DNA of 64,000 bases from Candidatus Bathyarchaeia archaeon. GTDB taxonomy: Archaea; Thermoproteota; Bathyarchaeia; Bathyarchaeales; Bathycorpusculaceae. Positions 10,651 through 17,694 of the stretch are shown piece by piece; the stretch's first letter is position 1, and each line of letters starts with the position of its first letter. The stretch lies in assembly GCA_050012755.1 (NCBI GenBank), contig JBEKGO010000022.1, forward strand, positions 14,885 to 78,884, written 5' to 3'. The position numbers and the translations under genes are program-made. The notes under the pieces were generated by a model that saw only the letters and a program-made list of their open reading frames with translations, made no database searches and was not told the DNA's origin.

Positions 10651-10750
10651 TTTAGGCACCTAAAACATAATTAGGTACCTAATAATATAAGCATTTCGGT
10701 ACCTAAAATTATATAAAGGTCTAATATCTATTAGCCTAATAGGTGCCTAA
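10651..10750. promoter_or_regulatory. Divergent promoter with four copies of palindromic operator TTAGGTACCTAA
   Basis: TTAGGCACCTAA (10652-10663), TTAGGTACCTAA (10671-10682), TTCGGTACCTAA (10695-10706), ATAGGTGCCTAA (10739-10750), around TATA-like elements on both strands. Confidence 0.8.
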
Positions 10751-10752
10751 AA

Positions 10753-10917
10753 ATGAGGTTACAGAAGCAACTATCAAGAAAAGTGGATAAAATCGAATAC
10801 CCAAAATATGTTGTGACAATTCCACCGAAACAAATTCAAGAAGCAGGGTGGAAAGAGGGAATAGAACTTATAGCCGTTGTAGAAGACGGAAAAATTATTT
10901 TAAGACCTAAACAATGA
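10753..10917 (+). CDS. AbrB/MazE/SpoVT-family small DNA-binding protein (54 aa, not in ORF track)
   Basis: MRLQKQLSRKVDKIEYPKYVVTIPPKQIQEAGWKEGIELIAVVEDGKIILRPKQ shows the vTIP...GW..G..l...V.dg.I.l.P swapped-hairpin pattern. Confidence 0.85.
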   Translation: MRLQKQLSRKVDKIEYPKYVVTIPPKQIQEAGWKEGIELIAVVEDGKIILRPKQ

Positions 10918-11679
10918 ATGTAGATGTTCATAAACTGCCTTAACTTCTTTATCAACGTCAGCCATTATTGTGCTTAAAGGAACCCCTATTATTTCTTTGG
11001 TTTGTCCTCCATCTGGAATACACCATATTTGAGGCAAGCCCTTTCCTACACCAACATTTTTTGTAATTTCATCTGTCTCTACGTATTTAATTGCGAATGC
11101 ACCAATTTTTGCGGATTGCACCATATTCATCGATTTATTCCAACATTTTCGGAAAATCTCAACGATGGGATTATACCCTATGAATACTGCTTCAGGCACT
11201 TCGACAGGTAAACAGTTAGTCGATTCTAAGTAGTACAGTTTGGCTAGATCATCTCTAGCGTTAACAGCAATTAAAATTTGAAGAGCACATTCATCATCGT
11301 TTTCAAACGCAACTGAATATCGTTTTTTCATATCTGTAAGTAATTCTACACAATCTTGCTTAAAGTCAACAACAGAATATTCAAAATAAGGTGGGTTGGG
11401 GGCATCAGGATTATTTCCGAATGTATCTTCTCTATCTTTTTTTAATTTAGCGTTTTGATAAGTAATCCAAGATAAACGGCGATTTACATTTTGAGGAAGA
11501 ATTGTTAGAAATTCTTCAAAGAGATTTTCCAAACCTGCTGCTCCAAAAATTGCCCATGGGATATTTTCACATTTCCTAACTTTCTCGGCATTATGTCCAA
11601 CAAATTCGCCAGATCTAACTAATCTATCGCTAACAAGTACTACGCCGTCAGTGCATCGTGCACCGAAAATTAAGGTCAT
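10900..11679 (-). CDS. Proteasome-subunit-like Ntn hydrolase (transposon cargo)
   Basis: Probable start MTLIFGARCTDGVVLVSDRLV...EKV with Thr1, Asp and Lys equivalents; GAAG; late helix AKIGAFAIKYVE...VGVG. ORF track extends to 11787. Confidence 0.75.
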   Translation of the reverse strand: MTLIFGARCTDGVVLVSDRLVRSGEFVGHNAEKVRKCENIPWAIFGAAGLENLFEEFLTILPQNVNRRLSWITYQNAKLKKDREDTFGNNPDAPNPPYFEYSVVDFKQDCVELLTDMKKRYSVAFENDDECALQILIAVNARDDLAKLYYLESTNCLPVEVPEAVFIGYNPIVEIFRKCWNKSMNMVQSAKIGAFAIKYVETDEITKNVGVGKGLPQIWCIPDGGQTKEIIGVPLSTIMADVDKEVKAVYEHLHSLFRS

Positions 11680-11935
11680 GTGTTTATTTCCTCGCAGTCT
11701 TTTCCATTGCTCTTTTAGGTACCGATTACGTTGATTCTTGTATAAAGCATTTTGCTCTAGCAAGTTTAACCGACTCTTTACAGCCAAAAATTAAGCCTCC
11801 TTTTTACCGAAGACTTGACAGAACCCTAACTTCGGCACAGTTACCTCTACGGTTGCTGTTTTTCCCAAAATCTTTTGGAAACTTTCGGTTGCTGGAGGAA
11901 TTCCAGTTGGGCAAATAATAAATCTGAAGTGACAC

Positions 11936-12814
11936 ATGTTAATGAACATGGATACTCGCAAGATTGCACAAGCAATATTGGATGCAATCGGTCACATCGG
12001 TTCAATCTTATGGCTTTTGATATTGCTAGGTGTGATCCCCGAACCAATGTTCCGAGGAGTTAACGTCATGCAAGAATACTCCCTAGTCTTCATTTTTCTG
12101 GCTCTGTTGATATTCTTTCTCTCTGCCCTTTGGTTGGGTTGGCAGATTCACACACGATATGTAAGGATTCCAGCATTCTCTCGAAAGGCAATTCCAAATG
12201 TGGATGAAAGATTTCATAATCTGAAATTTCATTTTTCTCGGAAAACGGACACAGCAAAGGGTTCTCATGAACCGCCTAATTTCGTGGTGTATCAGGAAAT
12301 TTACAAAGACACAAAAGAAGCCTATCCGATTCCTAATTATCTAGAACCTTATTTGAAAGCCTTTGAGACTAATTGGCAATCATACGATGGTATTAACAAA
12401 ATAATGGAATATTTTGAAATTAACAAAATTCATCTGAACATCAAAGATCCTAGTTATGAAGATTTGGGTCTAGTGTTAGGTTGGGATGGATTACTCCATC
12501 TACCTGATTTGGACTGGGATATATTATTGAAGAAAATTGGCGGAAAAAAAATCAAAGGCGCAGTTATCTTCAATTTTCACTCGGTACGCTATATTTTTAG
12601 TTCCAAACCGTTTCTCACACCTAACCGACTTCTAATTATAGAAAGAGAAGCATTTTGGGCTCCTCATCACGATATAGACTTGCTTTTTAGTCACAAAATA
12701 GAGCATAGAGATTGGACTAAAATCAATTATAAGCTCTGGTGTTTGATTCATCATTACCATTATCATCCAGAGTACTATGATGAGGAAAAATTGCTTGAAC
12801 TCTTAAAAGATTAG
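11936..12814 (+). CDS. Hypothetical membrane-anchored protein (2 N-terminal TM helices), cargo of element B
   Basis: 292-aa ORF with two hydrophobic helices then a soluble domain; no family recognised. Confidence 0.7.
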   Translation: MLMNMDTRKIAQAILDAIGHIGSILWLLILLGVIPEPMFRGVNVMQEYSLVFIFLALLIFFLSALWLGWQIHTRYVRIPAFSRKAIPNVDERFHNLKFHFSRKTDTAKGSHEPPNFVVYQEIYKDTKEAYPIPNYLEPYLKAFETNWQSYDGINKIMEYFEINKIHLNIKDPSYEDLGLVLGWDGLLHLPDLDWDILLKKIGGKKIKGAVIFNFHSVRYIFSSKPFLTPNRLLIIEREAFWAPHHDIDLLFSHKIEHRDWTKINYKLWCLIHHYHYHPEYYDEEKLLELLKD

Positions 12815-12975
12815 TAAACTGATTGCTGTCTTTTGTTTGCACTTGCGTTTTGTATTAGGGTTTTCCACTTGTTTTGTCCTTCAATGGCTATCCCACATGC
12901 TTCACTTGGAGTTTTCCGTCTAAGGCTTCATACGGTCTAATGTAATTTTGGAACAATTTGTAACCTTGAAGAACC
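12811..12975 (-). pseudogene. IS6 transposase C-terminal remnant with frameshift
   Basis: VLQGYKLFQNYIRPYEALDGK/TPSEACGIAIEGQNKWKTLIQNAS... parallels the C-terminus of the 9514-10650 transposase; 1-nt deletion near 12912-12916. Confidence 0.88.
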
Positions 12976-13168
12976 AAATAGAAGCGACAAGAGTTATTGA
13001 AGAGTTCGAATCGGAAAAGACTCAAAAAAGTTTTTCAGACTTTCCACTTTAGTTTGCTATCGACCGATTTTTCACAGAGAAAATCGTCAACGGACAACTT
13101 CACAGAACCCTAACTTTCTGTGAGCTGAAGCAAAAAAGAAAAAATTTAAAAAAAGACGAATTGTGGGG

Positions 13169-14458
13169 CTAAACAAAACCCACGAACAGCACTAAGACAA
13201 ACCACGTAACTGCTACGCTAACAGCTGCAATCAAAATTCGTTTCATCATTGAAAACTCTGGTTGAAGTGTTCCAACAATTATTGTGCAGAGAGCGCCTAA
13301 CCAAACGTAGGATACTAAGAACATCGCTTCAACGACAAAGTCGAAGCCTGAGGTTACTGCCACTATATTGTTGAGAACAGCTTGGGACTGCGCTGTATAA
13401 GTGACTGCTGCTTGGACAGGCACATATATTGCCCCATAAGGATTAGACGTAACCCCAAGTGAGACGTCAAATGGATAATAAACTGTGGGCAAGGTAAATG
13501 CTACCGCAATGTTTACTACTGATCGAATGACCATAACAAACAAAGCAAAAACTACTGCAACAAAAAGGGGTTTCCAAGTGATATTGGCTTTTAACCCTTT
13601 GAAGAAGAGGTAAATTAGCCCTGTTAACAACAGCCAACTAAAAATGAACTGTAGAGAGAAAGCCTCCAAGAAGGATAGTAGAGCATTGGGTCCATAGGTT
13701 TGAATGAAAGTTTGATATTCCCCATGGAAGAATAAAGCGCCAATACGAATGACGAAATTTGAGCCAGATGGATAATTGAAGTCTAACTTTAATGCTGTAA
13801 TATTACCCCAAGAAGGTGCTCCGCCAACGGCCCAGCCTTGAGCAGATGGACCTACTGGAATTGTTAGGTTGTTCCACTGGTTAATGTCTGAAGAGTTTGA
13901 CATAAGTGAAGTTAAGTCATAAGTGTAATAGTTAGAGTCAGCAACTGAGTAAAGAGTAATAGTTGCGCTTGTGGGCACGATTTGAGGTTGAACCTGTTTT
14001 AACGTCATTGATAAGTTCTCAAAGCCGCCAGCAGCGCAGCTAACATTGAAAGCATTGCTTAAAGCAGCGGAAACGGCGCTAGCGTTGTTGGCATCAATTT
14101 CCAAGCTGCTATTTCCAAATAAACTGTAGTTTCCTATAATCGCTGGAACGTAAACGCTGTAGTTGAAGTAGTCATCAAAATTGTTGCTAATCGTTACGCC
14201 AGCACTGGCTCTCCATAATGTTGAGTTTGGTTCAGAGGACATCGCTGCTGTTGCGTTGATATAATCTGATAATTGACCGATCGCAGGTGATGTGTTTTCG
14301 GTGTATGTTTTTGAGAACTGTGCATATGCATATCCCATTTGTAAGCCTATGAAAAGAAGCAGAATAATTATGGCACCCAGATACTTTGGATTTTCAATTA
14401 TCTTCTTGAATGCTGTTGCTGGTGCATAAATTACTCTTGCAATGTCATCTAGAATCAA
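13169..14458 (-). CDS. Yip1-domain membrane protein with a large inserted extracellular domain
   Basis: N-terminal VIYAPATAFKKI motif, one TM, about 200-aa Asn/Ser-rich beta domain with many NxS/T sites, then 4 TMs. Confidence 0.7.
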   Translation of the reverse strand: MILDDIARVIYAPATAFKKIIENPKYLGAIIILLLFIGLQMGYAYAQFSKTYTENTSPAIGQLSDYINATAAMSSEPNSTLWRASAGVTISNNFDDYFNYSVYVPAIIGNYSLFGNSSLEIDANNASAVSAALSNAFNVSCAAGGFENLSMTLKQVQPQIVPTSATITLYSVADSNYYTYDLTSLMSNSSDINQWNNLTIPVGPSAQGWAVGGAPSWGNITALKLDFNYPSGSNFVIRIGALFFHGEYQTFIQTYGPNALLSFLEAFSLQFIFSWLLLTGLIYLFFKGLKANITWKPLFVAVVFALFVMVIRSVVNIAVAFTLPTVYYPFDVSLGVTSNPYGAIYVPVQAAVTYTAQSQAVLNNIVAVTSGFDFVVEAMFLVSYVWLGALCTIIVGTLQPEFSMMKRILIAAVSVAVTWFVLVLFVGFV

Positions 14459-14509
14459 TCTCTCGACTCCCGTGGCTATCTGAGATTCACTGGGATTTAT
14501 AAGTATTTG

Positions 14510-16018
14510 TTACATGCCAAGTTTAAGCCGACGGTAGGTAGTGTAATCCACGTACTCTATGAAGGGGTTTTCAGTTTGGAATTTAACCGTAACTTTCTGG
14601 CGTTTTCGCTTGTCAAGAAGCTGATTTGTGGTCCTAAGCAAATATGCGTCGCTTCCTGCGCCTGAACCGTAACTTGCGACCAAGATTCTGTCTTCAGGCT
14701 TTGCTATATCTAACACCGCGGCTAAACCCGTAAGTGAGCAACCTGAATAAGTGTTGCCAATTTTGTTAATTTGAAGCGAGGGTAAGTACTGTTCATCTTT
14801 AAAACCGAGCTCTTTTGCGATTTTAACTGGAAACGTTGGGTTTGGCTGGTGCGCTACAAAATAGTTTATGTCACTTGGTTTGAGATTTGAACGTTCCATG
14901 ATTTTAGTAGTTGACTTGCGGACGTGCTTAAAGTAAGCTGGGTCACCTGTGAATCGTCCACCATGCATGGGAAAAGTCTCGCCGTCTCTGCGCCAAAAAT
15001 CAGTGGTATCGGAAGTACATGAGTACCAACTTTCAACTTCAGCAATAACATCCTGTTTGCCAAAAATATATGCAGCACCACCGAAACCGACAAAAGTATC
15101 TAATTCGCCGCCAAGGCAACCTCTGGGGGCGGCTTGAGAGTTATCTGCGCCGATAACCATTGCGTATTTTACTCCTGACTTTGGATAGTTAACAAGAGCT
15201 GAGGCGTCTTTGAACATGCTTGAAGCAGCTTTACACGCAAACTGTGTGTCAACTGCATCAACACCTTGAATGTCGCCGTCTTCTTCTCCAAGCTTTAGAA
15301 CCTGAGCAACCTTTGATGAAATTGGCTTAACAGCGTACGGGTTAGATTCAGAGCCAACATAAACCTTACCAACCAAAGTACTGTCAACGCCTGAGTGAAT
15401 CAACGCCAATTTTCCAGCTTCAACCGAAGCTGTTACCGCATCTTCATCGATAAATGGAACAGCACGTTCCAACCCGCTTTCTTTAATTCTGAACTTTGAA
15501 GTGTAAACGCCATAACCTACCACTCCAGGCATCTCATATTCTTTGGTTGGCGTAAAAATTTTGTAATCTTGATGTGGATAATATTCATCGGCTAAAGTGA
15601 AAGCCAAAGAGATAGTTGGAATCATGTCGCTTTTGCCGACGGAATAGCGCCGTCTAAAACGGGGAACCACTTCTCTGCCTTCAAGGCTTGAAAAATCAAC
15701 ATCGGCGCCGTCACATATCAATTGGTCTGTTAATCTTGCTGGAACACGGATTTTGCCATCATGGAAAGAAACGATTCCATAAATAAAGCTTGAAAGTTTA
15801 ATGAATTTGTTTGTAGGTTCGTTGATGTAGGTGCATAATTCAAGTTTGCCTTTATCATAAAATAGGTCGATGCTGTCCATTTTTCCGAAGCTTTTTCTGC
15901 CGCAGTTAGTGCAGTAATCTCTTACTTCAAAGTATTCTTTCCCGCAGCTTTGGCATCTGCTTGCTTTTAATCTGTCGCCTAAAAAAGAAACTCGTCGCTC
16001 TATGGGTTCACTACTCAA
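14510..16018 (-). CDS. DUF35 (Zn-ribbon/OB-fold) fused to hydroxymethylglutaryl-CoA synthase
   Basis: N-terminal RCQSCG...YCTNCG plus OB fold; then DEDAVT, GSES.PYAVKP, FACKA (catalytic Cys), HQPN, GNTYSG, SYGSGAGSDA. Confidence 0.9.
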   Translation of the reverse strand: MSSEPIERRVSFLGDRLKASRCQSCGKEYFEVRDYCTNCGRKSFGKMDSIDLFYDKGKLELCTYINEPTNKFIKLSSFIYGIVSFHDGKIRVPARLTDQLICDGADVDFSSLEGREVVPRFRRRYSVGKSDMIPTISLAFTLADEYYPHQDYKIFTPTKEYEMPGVVGYGVYTSKFRIKESGLERAVPFIDEDAVTASVEAGKLALIHSGVDSTLVGKVYVGSESNPYAVKPISSKVAQVLKLGEEDGDIQGVDAVDTQFACKAASSMFKDASALVNYPKSGVKYAMVIGADNSQAAPRGCLGGELDTFVGFGGAAYIFGKQDVIAEVESWYSCTSDTTDFWRRDGETFPMHGGRFTGDPAYFKHVRKSTTKIMERSNLKPSDINYFVAHQPNPTFPVKIAKELGFKDEQYLPSLQINKIGNTYSGCSLTGLAAVLDIAKPEDRILVASYGSGAGSDAYLLRTTNQLLDKRKRQKVTVKFQTENPFIEYVDYTTYRRLKLGM

Positions 16019-17243
16019 GTTTCTTGTCTCCTAGAACAGTAACGTAAGCTTTGGTTCCAAAGCCCTCGTACTCTAGAACACAACCATTCTTCTGCGAACT
16101 ATTAATCTTAACTTGACGCTCGCCAGCTTCTCCTCTTAGCTGACGGTAAATTTCGAAAATCTGTGCTCCACCTGTGGCGCCCAACGGGTTTCCATCAGCT
16201 TTTAACCCACCATTAGTGTTAACGAAAAGTTGCCTGCCATCTATTTCGTAGCAGTTTTGATCATTTTGGCAGCCTTCATTTATACTCTTCCAAGCCGTGC
16301 CTGGTGCGCAGAATCCTAAATCTTCAAGAGAAACAAGCTCCATCATAGTGGACTGATCATATACCTCGATGACCTGCATATCAGATAAGGCTGTTTTAGC
16401 CTTTCGAGAGGCATTCTTCATAGCCAATTCCGCAGCAACAAAGTGGGATAGGTCCTCTCTTGCAGGATAATTCAGGTAATCAGTTGCTGAAGTGCAGTCT
16501 AAAACGTAAATTGGGTGATCATTTAACTTTTTGGCAACTGCCTCGCTTGTAAGAATTAAGGCTGAAGCGCCGTCGGAAATTGGGGCAAAATCATAGAGTC
16601 CTAGGGGTTTATGCGCTTTTTTTCTTGCAGTTAACACCTGATCAATAGTAATTTTTCTATGATATTGGGCATACTTGTTTTTGGTTGCGTTTGCATGATT
16701 TTTGACCGAAATCTGAGCCAATGCGAGATTGAGTTTGTCGAGTTTTTCTCCAGTGATATGGTGTTTTTTTATGTAGGCTCTAAGCATAAGTTCGTGGTTT
16801 GATTCTGGAGTTCCGCCTGCAAAATAGCTCCATGGATCATCCAGAAGCATTAGGTCGTCTCGTATTTTGTCCCAGCGATCAGTCATTTTTTCTATGCCAC
16901 CCACAAGGACAGTGTTGTAAACTCCAGCCTGTATTGCGTGGCAAGCGGTTAACAATGCAGCGCTAAAAGAGCGAGTTACCTCCATAGGTACATGAAGTTG
17001 GGTAAGTTCTGAGAGGAACCCTTCTTCTAAACCCAATTTATTGGTGATGGGTAGAAAACAATCTGACATGTAACAAGCTTCTAGGTTTTTGCGTTCCATG
17101 TTACATTCATTAGAAGCGCCAAGCCATGCTTCCTCAATCAGCTTTTCCGGTTCTTTGCCGTAATGTTCTCCAAACTTGGTTCTGCCAACGGCAACTATCG
17201 CTGGACGACTTTGCAAGTTGTTTTCTTCCTTTTTGGATAGCAT
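16011..17243 (-). CDS. Thiolase-family (archaeal acetyl-CoA acetyltransferase-like) protein with degenerate catalytic motifs
   Basis: GRTKFG, GGIEKMTD, KNHANA..N.YAQ, PISDGASA, NTNGGLKADGNPLGATG, QLRGEAGERQV; overlaps the HMGCS start. Confidence 0.88.
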   Translation of the reverse strand: MLSKKEENNLQSRPAIVAVGRTKFGEHYGKEPEKLIEEAWLGASNECNMERKNLEACYMSDCFLPITNKLGLEEGFLSELTQLHVPMEVTRSFSAALLTACHAIQAGVYNTVLVGGIEKMTDRWDKIRDDLMLLDDPWSYFAGGTPESNHELMLRAYIKKHHITGEKLDKLNLALAQISVKNHANATKNKYAQYHRKITIDQVLTARKKAHKPLGLYDFAPISDGASALILTSEAVAKKLNDHPIYVLDCTSATDYLNYPAREDLSHFVAAELAMKNASRKAKTALSDMQVIEVYDQSTMMELVSLEDLGFCAPGTAWKSINEGCQNDQNCYEIDGRQLFVNTNGGLKADGNPLGATGGAQIFEIYRQLRGEAGERQVKINSSQKNGCVLEYEGFGTKAYVTVLGDKKLE

Positions 17244-17694
17244 CTAACCTTTTCTGAAAAGACTATTAAGGGTTTGCCATATTTCGCATGAATAATCGAA
17301 GAGTCAACATATAGATATTAAGTTACTTTATTGGCGGAGGGGGATCGTATGGGGACTACAAATGAAGTAATTGGTCTTCAGGAGAGAATAAACTCAGTTT
17401 TTTTGCTAATGTGAATTTTTAAATAACGTCGCTGTCATAGCAATGGACACGAGGTAATAGTCGTGTTATTTGTGAAAAAGGTGTCCATTAACGTCTTCTT
17501 TGTTTTTCTTCTGCATTTCTGAATTATTTGCAAATTATAGAGAGACATTGGTTTGTCTATTCTATTTGGGTCGCGAGTTTGTGCTCAGTATTCTAAATTC
17601 ATAACTGATTTATTATCATTTATCGAGTATTTGAGTTGGGGTATGGCTAATAGAACCTGCCAACCAGAGTACAATAGCTGTAGAAGTAACCGAT

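Larger units (their letters stand above)
8993..11825. mobile_element. IS6-family cargo transposon (element A, apparently intact)
   Basis: TIRs GGTTCTGTCAACTCTTCGGT (8993-9012) and ACCGAAGACTTGACAGAACC (11806-11825), 19/20 match. 8-bp target duplication CTAACTTC at 8985-8992 and 11826-11833. Contains a DDE transposase; visibly more AT-rich than flanks. Confidence 0.92.
11834..13109. mobile_element. Second, degenerate IS6-family cargo element (element B) in tandem
   Basis: Left end GGCACAGTTACCTCTACGGT is 14/20 to element A's left TIR. Right end ...CTTCACAGAACC at 13109 is followed by CTAACTTT (13110-13117). Contains a transposase 3' remnant. Confidence 0.8.

Noticed and set aside
11680-11787. 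36-aa N-terminal extension as a proteasome propeptide
   Set aside because: The junction is His-Met-Thr rather than Gly-Thr, and a TATA-like element lies inside the extension, so a start at the Met before Thr is simpler.
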